Below, piece after piece: positions 19,550 to 30,046 of a stretch of 64,000 nt of DNA. The position numbers and the translations under genes are program-made. The notes under the pieces were generated by a model. That model saw only the letters and a list, made by a program, of their open reading frames with translations, searched no databases and was not told the DNA's origin. Position 1 is the first letter of the stretch, and each line of letters opens with the position of its first letter. Source of the stretch: a virus (taxonomy: Duplodnaviria; Caudoviricetes); IMG/VR virus record IMGVR_UViG_3300017700_000931, positions 96,001 through 160,000 of that record. One strand, given 5' to 3'.

Positions 19550-20413
19550 TTAACTTTTTACAATATTATAAAACCCATTACCAAATCGTTCCAAGTGTTC
19601 AAGACTTTCAACTTCAGATAATTTCAAATGTTTTTCCATAACAGTTGTCGCACCCCTATCTATAAATACATCGCTAAAGACTTCTGGGTCATTAATTATT
19701 CCCATTAAATATTCTTCCTTCGTAATAGCTGATAATGAGGAGTTTGTTGTGTTCCAACCCTCAGCTTTAAATTGTAATGTGGCTATTGATTTTGTTGCCT
19801 TAATTAAACCATTGGCCACACCAACACCAACATCTAAAATATTCTTATTGTCTTTATATAATAAACCAGTTGTTTGTCCGGTGGTACCCAAAAATGCATC
19901 ATTATTAGCATCAAATGTATATTTCTTCGCTAAATCAGCATCACTCATCAAAACTCTACTTACACCACTAATTGTTTGGTTATCATAATTAGTGTATACG
20001 TTTGCCTCAATATCAAATCCAACAATGTATGGATTTAATTTATTATAACTCTTCAATTCATTAATTCTAGGTTCCGTAGTAGCGGTTAAAACACTCCCAT
20101 AACTGTACCACTCACTTACATTCGCATTATCATGTCTGGTACATGCTGTAAAACCACTTAATATTACTGATGGTGGTAATGTACCCGACATAAATGGAAA
20201 AGTAAAACCACTTGTATTCAATTTATCAATCAAAATTGTGTAATCCGGTGTGATATTATTGAAATCAATATCAGTAAAAACACCCATATTATCAATTGTT
20301 TGAGTTAACATAATATTGACATAAAAAGTACTAGCAGTCATCAACCCATAAGTGGTATCTGAATTTCTACTAATTCCATTTTCTAATAATATAGTTCTTT
20401 TTATTACTTCCAT
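19550..20413 (-). CDS. Hypothetical virion protein
   Basis: 287-aa ORF, Thr/Ser-rich, in the structural operon. Confidence 0.6.
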   Translation of the reverse strand: MEVIKRTILLENGISRNSDTTYGLMTASTFYVNIMLTQTIDNMGVFTDIDFNNITPDYTILIDKLNTSGFTFPFMSGTLPPSVILSGFTACTRHDNANVSEWYSYGSVLTATTEPRINELKSYNKLNPYIVGFDIEANVYTNYDNQTISGVSRVLMSDADLAKKYTFDANNDAFLGTTGQTTGLLYKDNKNILDVGVGVANGLIKATKSIATLQFKAEGWNTTNSSLSAITKEEYLMGIINDPEVFSDVFIDRGATTVMEKHLKLSEVESLEHLERFGNGFYNIVKS

Positions 20414-21300
20414 TAAATCGCTTGTACTTGATATAATTCTAATGTTTGTATTCCACCAACTAGTGAAATATTGGTGGAATATGTTTCATCAATTTCATAC
20501 CACCATCCGGTATTATCTCTTTTTAATATATACTTCATATGAAGTTTACTGACTAAATTATCAATTGTTTGTGGTGTACCATCGGTTATTAATGCAATTG
20601 ATTCACCAGTTTTAGCATTATTCCAACTAGCTCTCATAAACAATTCCTTTGGTAGTGTATCACTAACATCATCTTTAAAATGATAAATGTTATAACCTTC
20701 AGATATTCCATCAGGAAATTTAATTGGGTCCTCAACAATAAATCTTATTGGAATGGATGTAATAGGGTTTGGTAAACCACCATTTGGAACTGGTGCTGGT
20801 AACGTTACTGGACCAAACGGTGTTGATGTAGTAATATTTTGAGTTAATGGTATAATGTCATTAACCGTTAATCTACAAAACAATGTCATAAATGACATTA
20901 AATTTTGATTGGTAGGAATATCTGAATCATAAAAACTTAATCTAAGAAATGACCTTTTAAATGAATTTTTACCAAATCTAACATCATTATATTCAAAATC
21001 TGCATGTGAATACATAGTTGTGCTCGGAAATGTTGGTCCGTCCAATAAATTTATTTTATAAATTAAACTATCAATTTGTACATTATTAGAATCTACTGGA
21101 ATAAATCTTACTTTTTCAAAATCAGTAATAGGATTAATCGAATTTTCAAGTTCTTTTTCAACAAAATCTCTTTCAACCACTTCAGCTTGGTCAATAGGTT
21201 GAAATGTCATAACAATTGGTATGTTAATAGTTGTAGCACTTCCACTACCTATTTTTATCTTATAACTATTAGCAGACATCTTGTGATTTTTTAACAACAA
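20413..21300 (-). CDS. Hypothetical virion protein
   Basis: 295-aa ORF coupled to both neighbours. Confidence 0.6.
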   Translation of the reverse strand: MLLKNHKMSANSYKIKIGSGSATTINIPIVMTFQPIDQAEVVERDFVEKELENSINPITDFEKVRFIPVDSNNVQIDSLIYKINLLDGPTFPSTTMYSHADFEYNDVRFGKNSFKRSFLRLSFYDSDIPTNQNLMSFMTLFCRLTVNDIIPLTQNITTSTPFGPVTLPAPVPNGGLPNPITSIPIRFIVEDPIKFPDGISEGYNIYHFKDDVSDTLPKELFMRASWNNAKTGESIALITDGTPQTIDNLVSKLHMKYILKRDNTGWWYEIDETYSTNISLVGGIQTLELYQVQAI

Positions 21301-23014
21301 ATTTATCTAACATTCTATATCCGAAAGCATCCCTTGGGAAAGTTCCGTAATACAAACCATATTGTGCAAATGGGTCTTGTCTTCTTAATGGGATGCAATA
21401 ATTTTGATGAATATAATGACAACCATTTAAAAATGGATAGTCAATTGGTGTGGTACTTACATCTGAAAAACCAATATCCAATAAATCTCTCCAAAGCCAT
21501 CTTCCATCACCTAAGTTTTCAGCATAATCTGGAATACCTTCAGTTGAAGAATCACCCTGTTCAATATAATTAGAAAACTCTCTTAATCTGATTTGATAAT
21601 GTGGTTTATAAAAATTACTTTCGAATCTTTGACCCATATCAAAAGAACCTTCGTTTGAGCCACCTATTGCTGGGTCAATAACCACACCACCTATTTCTCT
21701 ATTCAATGTATTGAATTTGTGTCTAACTTCTCCTAGAATAATTTCTTTAACCTCAAATCTATTATATGAAGCAACATCCCCATAAAAATCTGCATCAGTA
21801 ATTAATACCGATGTATCTAGTGGTGTGTGTGATGTCGGTAGTGGTGATGAACCATTATGTATTCTTCTAATATCTGGAACACTAGTTTCAAATGAATTGG
21901 TGTTTCCAATAAATGGTAATTCAATACCGGATTGTGTTGGAGTGAATATTGGCCCCGAACCTTGATTACTATCAGTTTTTATTATTGTTAAATAAATTTC
22001 ACTTAATGGCCTACCCAAGTTATCGGTTAATCCGGCAATATCAATATCTTCATTAATAACAAATTGATAATTTACATCATTATATAAACCCTTACTGAAA
22101 TTTAGTGGGTAAATATCATAATCATCATCAACCATTTCAGTAGTATTTACTGTAGCAATTTTTTTAAATTTCCTATAATAATATCTGGTTGGTTCTTGAC
22201 CAACCATCCTAGACATTCTACTATTATTACTCAATGATACACCAGTTGCTGGGTCGATATCAATTACAAAATAATAATCTTTTAAGTCACCATTGTCTAA
22301 ACCTACTCTAATTACTGAATAATCATTATCATAAATTGGTGATGAAAGGCCAGTTATTCTAACAGTACCACCTTGTGTCAAACCATGTTTCACTGGGGTA
22401 GCTATAGCAATCATTGGTCTATTTCCAATCATAACTGGAAGAATTTCAATACACAATAATCCTCCTTGAGTCATGTAAGTATCCGCACTTAATGCCGGAT
22501 ATGTTATTGTTAAATCCCAATTTTTTATTTTATTTGATGGAGCGAAAGCAAATAATTCTCTACGTGGTTCCATATCATACCATAAACACAATGAATTACT
22601 ACCAAGATTTGGGTCTTTAAAACCATACCAACCATTTATTTCTTTTAGTTGGGTCTTGATTGCTTCTCTATAAGTTAAATCTTCATTTTCGTCAAAATCG
22701 ACAGTATTAGATGGGTAAGATTTATCCCTAAATAATGTGTTCGTTAACATATAACCAAAACTATTTGGTCCTGTTGTATTAAATAACACATTACTGAAGA
22801 TAGTTGAAATTGTTCCATTAATCCTATAACAAGTACTATCTTGTCGTTCTTTATTGAAACGGTCCCCAACATTCAGTACTCGATTTAGTTCACCCACTGG
22901 TAACAATCTTTGGTCTGAAGTTAATTGTAAATTTGTTTGTGCATTCACATTAACCTCTCTCTGAGATTGTGTTTGATTTAATCTATGTGTTATTTTTTTA
23001 TCCATTATTAACAA
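21269..23014 (-). CDS. Hypothetical virion protein
   Basis: 581-aa ORF overlapping both neighbours in the structural operon. Confidence 0.6.
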   Translation of the reverse strand: MLIMDKKITHRLNQTQSQREVNVNAQTNLQLTSDQRLLPVGELNRVLNVGDRFNKERQDSTCYRINGTISTIFSNVLFNTTGPNSFGYMLTNTLFRDKSYPSNTVDFDENEDLTYREAIKTQLKEINGWYGFKDPNLGSNSLCLWYDMEPRRELFAFAPSNKIKNWDLTITYPALSADTYMTQGGLLCIEILPVMIGNRPMIAIATPVKHGLTQGGTVRITGLSSPIYDNDYSVIRVGLDNGDLKDYYFVIDIDPATGVSLSNNSRMSRMVGQEPTRYYYRKFKKIATVNTTEMVDDDYDIYPLNFSKGLYNDVNYQFVINEDIDIAGLTDNLGRPLSEIYLTIIKTDSNQGSGPIFTPTQSGIELPFIGNTNSFETSVPDIRRIHNGSSPLPTSHTPLDTSVLITDADFYGDVASYNRFEVKEIILGEVRHKFNTLNREIGGVVIDPAIGGSNEGSFDMGQRFESNFYKPHYQIRLREFSNYIEQGDSSTEGIPDYAENLGDGRWLWRDLLDIGFSDVSTTPIDYPFLNGCHYIHQNYCIPLRRQDPFAQYGLYYGTFPRDAFGYRMLDKFVVKKSQDVC

Positions 23015-26000
23015 GCATTAGTACTTATAATTAGTGATGCTGATGTACAGTTTTGTGCATCTCTAGCTTGGAACGAATATCCCGTACCACAAGCTAAACC
23101 TGTGAATACCGGACTGGCTTGCCATGTTCCAGCTCCTATTCTAAATTGATATGGTCCACCATTACCACCAGAACCACTCACAGTAACAGATGTTTGTGAA
23201 GTACTACTAGGTGCTACCGTAACAACTGTTGGTTGTGTTAATGAAACAATCAAGTTTGGAGCAGTACAAAGGTGTTGTGTATCTCTCGCTGCAATAGTAT
23301 GTGAACCAGAAGCTAAACCAGTAAATATATGAGATGTTGATATACCAATCCATGGTCCACCATCAATCCTAACTTGATATGTACCAAAACCAATAGCTGG
23401 ATTACCACCACTAACACTAACAGTAATTTGTCCATTTGAACCACCATTACATGTAACATTGGTTTTAGATACAAGAGTAATTAATAATACTGGTGGTTCA
23501 AGAACTTCAACAGTAAAATCTTTAATACAACCATTCGAATCGGTTACGGTTGCAGTATATATTCCAGCCGGATATGCGAGTGTACCAATTGGTTGTAATG
23601 TTGGCCCCGTATAAACAATTGGACTTGGTGTTGGTCCGTCCCAAGAATAAACAGAATTATAAGGTGGTGTACCACCTGCAAGACCTGTTACTGATATTAC
23701 ACCATTCGCAGCACCATTACATGTTATATGTTGTGGTGTAATATTTCCAGTTATAGCTGTCGGTTGGGTAATCGTAAATACTTGTGACGCTGTTTGACCA
23801 ATATTATCAGTCATAGTTACTGTGTAGGTACCAGAATCTAATCCGGTTTGTAATGTTTGATTATTTAATGGATAACCAGCCAGTGGTGGTACTACTGTTG
23901 TAACTGAAGTTACTGGTGCAACACCTGTTATGTAATTAAATTGTATCGAACCATTTGATGCCCCATTACATGTGATATTTGATGATGTACCACTCATAGT
24001 TAATGCTGGTGGACTAGTTATAATAACACCGCTAGTTGAACACGTTGATGATTGTGATGCACTATCTGTTGTAGTTACAACATATGTTCCAGTTGGTAAT
24101 CCAGCAAACATATCTGTTGGACCAACAATACCTGAATGTGTCACTGTTACTGGTCCAACAATTTCAGTTGTGTATGGACCTATTCCACCACCTATACCAA
24201 CAATTTGAATTGTACCGTCAGATGCACCATTTGATGAAACTGGTGTTGCCGATGCAAAACAATTGACTGCGAATGGTTGGCCAACATTAAATGTTGTTGT
24301 TGCTTGTAAACCTTCAGCATCAGTAACAGTTACCGTATATGTTCCAGCTGGAACACCTGTTATATCTTCACTAGTGGCACCATTAGACCAAACATAAGTG
24401 TATGGACCTGTTCCACCAACAATTGTAACATCAACACTACCATCTGACCCACCATATGTTGTCACATCGGTAATGACTCCAGTAATTAAAAAATCATCTT
24501 CTTCTATGATTGAACAATTTTCAAAATACTTAGTATTCATTTTATCTAAACCTGTTTTATTTGGTGTTAAACCAAAATAAAAATAATACGAGCCACCCCA
24601 AGGTTGTTTAATTAATTTATTTTGTATATCTCTAAACAATTCATATGAACTAATAGCACCACTATCAAAGAGTGCATGTCTTGATGCTGTAACAGTATCA
24701 CTTAAATCTATACCAACGTATGGATTATTTAATTGGGTAAATGCATCTCTGATGAATAAATTATCAATATCACAATTATTTATTTTAACATCTGCTTCAC
24801 CCGCTCCACCACCAACTGGAACACAACCTAATGGTGTTGATTCATCAGTTCTTAATTCATCAAGACCGACACCAATCTCACATTGTCTTTTAATGTTTGT
24901 ACAATTTAATGCAGTTGTGGTCAACCCTAAACAACTAATATCAAAAAATAATGATGGTGTATTACTTGCTAATCCCGGAGAGTCATACCCACTCGTTACA
25001 AGCTCACCAGTTGTATCATCATATTCATTTAATAATTCTGGTGCCTTATAAGATGTTGGTACTAAGAATGGTTGAATTTTTGGTTTTCCTTGCCAATCAC
25101 ATTCAAACATTGCACCTAAATCAATAATGTCGGTCGCAAATAATTTATATCCGGCTTCATGAGTAAATGCTGCATAATATAATTCATCTTGGTATGATTT
25201 AACCAAACCATCTCTAATCAATGCTGACTCACCAGTTTTAACACCATCAGCAGTACAACTATCGACTAACCAATTATTTTGACATTTATTATCAGGATTT
25301 CCATTATTATCTCCATCAACACCACCACTAAAATCATCACAATCGAACTCACAGAATTTCTCTTTATCTTTTCTCTTCTTTTTGTATTTTAACAGGAATG
25401 AATATAATGAACCATTTACCCAATCATTATAAAAATCAAATTCCCAAACATTTAATGCTTCAGCAAGAGTAAGTGATATACAAAAAGACCACCCAGCATC
25501 TCCAATTGGTACTGTTTCTAGTGTTCCATGTCCAGTATGCCCATCATTAGGCCAATGTTTCATTGGTGGTTTATCTGTTGCCGCCCAAGGTAATGGTTTA
25601 CCACCTTGAAAACAACCCGGACCATATTCTTCATCTTGACATGATAATGTGATACATGGAATGTATGGGATAATATCTTTACAATCACAATCATCACACT
25701 CATCTTCACAATCACCAATACAAGCATTTTTTCTACATTCTTTTCTACTATCAGCATCTAACGGATACTTCAACGCACAGGCTATCTTACCGACAAAAAA
25801 TACGACCTCACAAATAACAATTAGAACAGCATTTAATATAAAAATAATCGCATTTATGAGAGTAATAATAATCGTATTAATTAATATAACGATAAATGAA
25901 ATTATTTTTATGATAATACAAAGTATTGAAAATAGTGGGTTGATATCTGAATCCATTCTATTGAATGGAAATGGATTATGTAAACCAGTACAGTCATCAA

Positions 26001-27345
26001 CATCTTTTATCCCCAACATTGCTCTAATACTAACATCTGGGCTCAAAGTACCAACTTTTTCAAGACCACCCATGGTTTGAAATCTTGGTATGAAATTTTT
26101 AACTGAATAAATTTTATTCCAATACATATCCTTAAAGTGTTTGTCACCATTAAGTCCATGACCAGTAGATTCATCAAATGAATAATCAGTTTCATTATAA
26201 TTATTTGGATTATGCGGTACTAAGTATTTGGCTCTGGTTCTTATTTTCCCTTCACCACCAGTAACATCCATACCAATTTTAAATCTAACACTAGCTCTAG
26301 TTGGTATTCCTCTAGTTGAATCCTCTGTTGGTACCAAATCACCATATTCGTTAGTAATCATATAATCAAGATTCATGGGTACTTGATAAGCCCACGCACC
26401 ATTATCATCGATTACCCTACCACCATCTACATCAAACCTTTGATTTTTTCCATCAAGGTCTTTTCTGAGCATTTCAATCGTTCCAGCTCCAGCAACAGTT
26501 TCGCAAAGGCTACCTAATTTTTTTCTAGGTTTACATCTTTTATTTATCGAGTTTTTTTCATTGTCACCAAAGATTCCACCCATAAAAATAGCAGATGGTT
26601 TTAATTCATGTTTTAAATCAACATCCAATCTTGTAATACCAATAGAACATTGGTCCTCATCTCCCCAAAAAGGTCTTATGTTTACACTTGTTTGTTGATT
26701 TTTAATTTGATTTAATTTATTCAAATCTTCACCACCCTTGAATTTATTTGATGTTTCAAAAGAACTTCTTGGTTGGCCAACTGCCATAAAATCATATGGT
26801 CTTTGTGAATAAATTCCTATATCGGATAAATCACAATCAATGTTTATAAAATGTGTTCCGGTTGGGACTCCGAAAATCATATAATCACCAGCTGCATTTG
26901 TAATTGCAGAATACTTGTAATATTTACAATGAATATCTAACTTAAGGTCGTTATCTAATATCTCTCTTTTAGTGGCTAATGTACCAACTGGTGTGTGACA
27001 ATCAAATTGAGATGAATTTGGTAATAAATTGTATCTTTTACCATCTGGGTCTTTATCATTTATTGTTTCGAATGGATATAAATCTCTAATTTCTTCATCT
27101 TGTAAATCTTCTTCATCGATTGGGACGAAAATCGATACTTTTGCATTAGGAACACCAACACCATTGTTCATGATAACTCTACCAACAACAACACCATAAT
27201 CAGAACAAAAACGCCTATAAACCTCCTCTTGCGAAATACTCAATGAAAGTATTTCAAGAAAATCAAAACTTTGTTCTAACTTAACTTTTAAATGTTTCCC
27301 ACCAAATTCTTGTGGGTTGGTTCTAATCCTAACTCTATTTGACAT
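23008..27345 (-). CDS. Large baseplate/fibre-associated protein: beta-sandwich N-terminus, hydrophobic hairpin, Cys-rich core, about 6 C-terminal SprB repeats
   Basis: YGVVVGRVIMNNGVGVPNAKVSIF resembles a carboxypeptidase-regulatory-like domain; repeats of the form (V/I)TCNGxSNGxI...GTYTVTVTD...QP. Confidence 0.75.
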   Translation of the reverse strand: MSNRVRIRTNPQEFGGKHLKVKLEQSFDFLEILSLSISQEEVYRRFCSDYGVVVGRVIMNNGVGVPNAKVSIFVPIDEEDLQDEEIRDLYPFETINDKDPDGKRYNLLPNSSQFDCHTPVGTLATKREILDNDLKLDIHCKYYKYSAITNAAGDYMIFGVPTGTHFINIDCDLSDIGIYSQRPYDFMAVGQPRSSFETSNKFKGGEDLNKLNQIKNQQTSVNIRPFWGDEDQCSIGITRLDVDLKHELKPSAIFMGGIFGDNEKNSINKRCKPRKKLGSLCETVAGAGTIEMLRKDLDGKNQRFDVDGGRVIDDNGAWAYQVPMNLDYMITNEYGDLVPTEDSTRGIPTRASVRFKIGMDVTGGEGKIRTRAKYLVPHNPNNYNETDYSFDESTGHGLNGDKHFKDMYWNKIYSVKNFIPRFQTMGGLEKVGTLSPDVSIRAMLGIKDVDDCTGLHNPFPFNRMDSDINPLFSILCIIIKIISFIVILINTIIITLINAIIFILNAVLIVICEVVFFVGKIACALKYPLDADSRKECRKNACIGDCEDECDDCDCKDIIPYIPCITLSCQDEEYGPGCFQGGKPLPWAATDKPPMKHWPNDGHTGHGTLETVPIGDAGWSFCISLTLAEALNVWEFDFYNDWVNGSLYSFLLKYKKKRKDKEKFCEFDCDDFSGGVDGDNNGNPDNKCQNNWLVDSCTADGVKTGESALIRDGLVKSYQDELYYAAFTHEAGYKLFATDIIDLGAMFECDWQGKPKIQPFLVPTSYKAPELLNEYDDTTGELVTSGYDSPGLASNTPSLFFDISCLGLTTTALNCTNIKRQCEIGVGLDELRTDESTPLGCVPVGGGAGEADVKINNCDIDNLFIRDAFTQLNNPYVGIDLSDTVTASRHALFDSGAISSYELFRDIQNKLIKQPWGGSYYFYFGLTPNKTGLDKMNTKYFENCSIIEEDDFLITGVITDVTTYGGSDGSVDVTIVGGTGPYTYVWSNGATSEDITGVPAGTYTVTVTDAEGLQATTTFNVGQPFAVNCFASATPVSSNGASDGTIQIVGIGGGIGPYTTEIVGPVTVTHSGIVGPTDMFAGLPTGTYVVTTTDSASQSSTCSTSGVIITSPPALTMSGTSSNITCNGASNGSIQFNYITGVAPVTSVTTVVPPLAGYPLNNQTLQTGLDSGTYTVTMTDNIGQTASQVFTITQPTAITGNITPQHITCNGAANGVISVTGLAGGTPPYNSVYSWDGPTPSPIVYTGPTLQPIGTLAYPAGIYTATVTDSNGCIKDFTVEVLEPPVLLITLVSKTNVTCNGGSNGQITVSVSGGNPAIGFGTYQVRIDGGPWIGISTSHIFTGLASGSHTIAARDTQHLCTAPNLIVSLTQPTVVTVAPSSTSQTSVTVSGSGGNGGPYQFRIGAGTWQASPVFTGLACGTGYSFQARDAQNCTSASLIISTNAC

Positions 27346-27347
27346 AA

Positions 27348-27686
27348 TTATTTTATAACATCCACATTCGTCAATTCATAGTCGTCTGGGTTGATTTCAT
27401 TATCGTCGTCATCTTCATAATTGTCGAAAACTTCTTCTTTTTTTCTTTTAAATAACTTACCAATACCCAATAAGGTTCCTTGAACATTAGTTGTTTTTTT
27501 ACGCACGATTTGATTAAATAACATAATCAAAATTAATGGTAAAATTACTGGTATAAGCGTTATACCTACAATTGCAACACTTATTAAGAATAAAAATATT
27601 CTCATCCCAAGTGAATCACTAAATGCTGCTTTATCTAGATTTTTTTGGCTTATTTTTTTGTCGTTTTTACATCCACAATCACTCAT
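27348..27686 (-). CDS. Small membrane protein
   Basis: Hydrophobic stretch RIFLFLISVAIVGITLIPVILPLILIMLF, basic flanks and an acidic tail. Confidence 0.65.
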   Translation of the reverse strand: MSDCGCKNDKKISQKNLDKAAFSDSLGMRIFLFLISVAIVGITLIPVILPLILIMLFNQIVRKKTTNVQGTLLGIGKLFKRKKEEVFDNYEDDDDNEINPDDYELTNVDVIK

Positions 27687-27731
27687 AATTTTTATTTTAA
27701 ACGTAACATTTTTTAATCAAAAGGAAATGAT

Positions 27732-29543
27732 TTATTTAACCCTAACAGTTATATCTTTTTCTGGTAACTTAATTTCAAACATTGAAGTAGGCTCACCAAA
27801 TAGTCTAAATTCACCCAATAAATCAATTTGTCTTGTTTCGTCATCAATATATGGTTGAGCTATTTCATTTGTGGAATAATTACCAGCAACCTTATTGAAA
27901 ACCCTAATATCTATTACGTTAAGAACACCATTCACATTATTTATAGCCTCTAATAAAGGTGCCATATAAATGTTTTCACCCATATGGTGTTTGTTGATAT
28001 CCATATAAGTTGAAACTTGATTAATAACTTCTGCAATAATAGCTGATTGTGGATATTGTTTATCGATAAATAAATCAATCTCAAAACCTAAATTAATTAC
28101 ACGACCATTGTTAACCTCAATATAATCGTTTAACATTCTATATTCACTAAGGTAATCAGCAACATTTTGTTTTAAAACGTTCGTTGCTGAACTAGTTAAT
28201 TTACCATTCGGGTCTAAACCTAAAACTGATACTGAAATTTTATTTTGGTGCTCGTATACTCCGCATCTAAATGGAACTCCAAATTCACCATTCATTAAGG
28301 CAATTCTAGCTTCATAATCTTTTAAAGTAACAGCTCTATTTTGTGATGCGAAATTATACCTAACTAAATTTCTTAATTCTTCAATTGATGGCTCATCTCT
28401 ACCACCCATAGCAGGTACTGGATTATTAACGGTTAAAGATGTTCTAACGCTAGTATTTTTGGTGTTATTTGGGCCATTCACAAACATTTGAATAGTATTC
28501 ACCGATTTAATTGTATTACTACCTATATTTGATGATGCACCACCACCAACTCTATATCTAACGAACATTGTTTGGTTAGCAGTTGGTGTGGTCCCAAGTG
28601 ACATGTTATTGATGAAATCACCAATTCTATTAACCATAGCCGGATTTACATCAAAATCACATAATTGACTCACGTCTTGTGTTCCGGCACCAAAAATTAG
28701 TTTAGTAAAACCTAAGTCTGTATATTCGGTAATAAATCTTTTGTTTATTTCAAGCCATTTACCCGGAGTGATACCACTATTATCTGAAACTGTATTATAA
28801 TCCTTAACAAATACTTTGTTCTCGACCAACGCATCGACTTCATACCATCTATCTTCAACAAAGAATTTATCAGGTGATGGGTCATTTGCTATATTAGTCC
28901 CCTCTTGGGTGATGATTGAATCAACTGATAATACATCATTATCTGGTAATATTAATTCAAAAAATGGTACCACATCTTGGGTGGTAATAATTTTCTTAAA
29001 TATTTTACTACTTCCATTCAATACAATTTCTCTTTTTACTAAATTATAACTGGTAATATTATTATTAGCATCAATATTTGGTAAAATTAATCGATTAGGT
29101 AGGCCACCTGTAGTAAATGGAGAGGCGAAATCAATATCGTCAACAGTTTCAAATACTTTACCACCACCAGCAACTTGTGCACCTCTTCTAATTAATGGAG
29201 CATAAGCAATATCAAATGTGTCACCATCAACTGGTACTGTTACTGTAAAGTCAACAAGTGTGATTGATGGTCGCTTCCCCGGAACCTTCAAACCAAATGT
29301 TCTAGCCATAGATAAAATCGATTTACGTTCTTGAGCATAATCGATTTGTGTTTCTTGAAACATACGGTCGGTATGGAAACTTAAAACATCCCCAATGGCC
29401 GCATTTAATTCAATCAACATCATACCCACAGATGAATCATTGAAATCATTCAAAATATCTGGATAGTATTGTCTAACAAAGTTGATTAACTCCGTCCTTG
29501 CATCAACGAAATTTCTTGCATAATAATTTATTTTACGTGCCAT
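27732..29543 (-). CDS. Baseplate wedge subunit (T4 gp6/baseplate J-like)
   Basis: DFNDSSVGMMLIELNAAIGDVLSFHTD, GGRDEPSIEELR and QNRAVTLKDYE. Confidence 0.9.
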   Translation of the reverse strand: MARKINYYARNFVDARTELINFVRQYYPDILNDFNDSSVGMMLIELNAAIGDVLSFHTDRMFQETQIDYAQERKSILSMARTFGLKVPGKRPSITLVDFTVTVPVDGDTFDIAYAPLIRRGAQVAGGGKVFETVDDIDFASPFTTGGLPNRLILPNIDANNNITSYNLVKREIVLNGSSKIFKKIITTQDVVPFFELILPDNDVLSVDSIITQEGTNIANDPSPDKFFVEDRWYEVDALVENKVFVKDYNTVSDNSGITPGKWLEINKRFITEYTDLGFTKLIFGAGTQDVSQLCDFDVNPAMVNRIGDFINNMSLGTTPTANQTMFVRYRVGGGASSNIGSNTIKSVNTIQMFVNGPNNTKNTSVRTSLTVNNPVPAMGGRDEPSIEELRNLVRYNFASQNRAVTLKDYEARIALMNGEFGVPFRCGVYEHQNKISVSVLGLDPNGKLTSSATNVLKQNVADYLSEYRMLNDYIEVNNGRVINLGFEIDLFIDKQYPQSAIIAEVINQVSTYMDINKHHMGENIYMAPLLEAINNVNGVLNVIDIRVFNKVAGNYSTNEIAQPYIDDETRQIDLLGEFRLFGEPTSMFEIKLPEKDITVRVK

Positions 29544-29549
29544 ATTCTA

Positions 29550-29933
29550 TTATATTTGTATTTCAACAAAGTCTTTGGTTTCAAAAACATCCTGACTTAT
29601 TGTGTAATCTATTCTTATTTTAGCTGCATATTCAGACATTGCTGATTGTTCGATATCAACACTATTCACTTTTAAATTAGGTAGATATTTCTTAACAGCT
29701 TCTTTTATTTCTTCTGATATTTCAGCATAAGTAAATCCATCATTTGGTTGGAAAATAAACCTTCTTAAGTTAGTCCCAAATTCTGGATTGTAAAACCTTT
29801 CACCTTTATTGGTTAATATTAAATGCATTAAATCAGATTTTATAGCCGCTGAATCCGTTTTTGTTAGGTCAAGGAAAAACCCCTTTACACTATCTTTAAA
29901 TGGAAAATTGATATTTATGAATTTTTCTGCCAT
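29550..29933 (-). CDS. Baseplate wedge subunit gp25/gpW-like (sheath initiator)
   Basis: IKSDLMHLILTNKGERFYNPEFGTNL matches the gp25 motif. Confidence 0.92.
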   Translation of the reverse strand: MAEKFININFPFKDSVKGFFLDLTKTDSAAIKSDLMHLILTNKGERFYNPEFGTNLRRFIFQPNDGFTYAEISEEIKEAVKKYLPNLKVNSVDIEQSAMSEYAAKIRIDYTISQDVFETKDFVEIQI

Positions 29934-29950
29934 AACACTGTTCTTTTATG

Positions 29951-29957
29951 ATAAATA
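29951..29957 (-). promoter_or_regulatory. Putative late promoter TATTTAT heading the baseplate operon
   Basis: Motif 17 nt upstream of the gp25-like ATG, just after a terminator. Confidence 0.55.
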
Positions 29958-29993
29958 TTGTAATACATAATTTTGAGAATTAAATAGTGAAAT

Positions 29994-30024
29994 AAAAAAA
30001 GCCCACCTGATTCAGGTGGGCTTT
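29994..30024 (-). terminator. Intrinsic terminator after RNR
   Basis: GCCCACCTGA-T-TCAGGTGGGC inverted repeat with a T7 tract on the minus strand. Confidence 0.85.
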
Positions 30025-30046
30025 ATAAAAAATTATTTAATTATAT

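Noticed and set aside
19545-19560. Frameshift fusion of the 287-aa gene to the 48-aa paralog
   Set aside because: An in-frame TGA immediately precedes the ATG and there is no slippery run.
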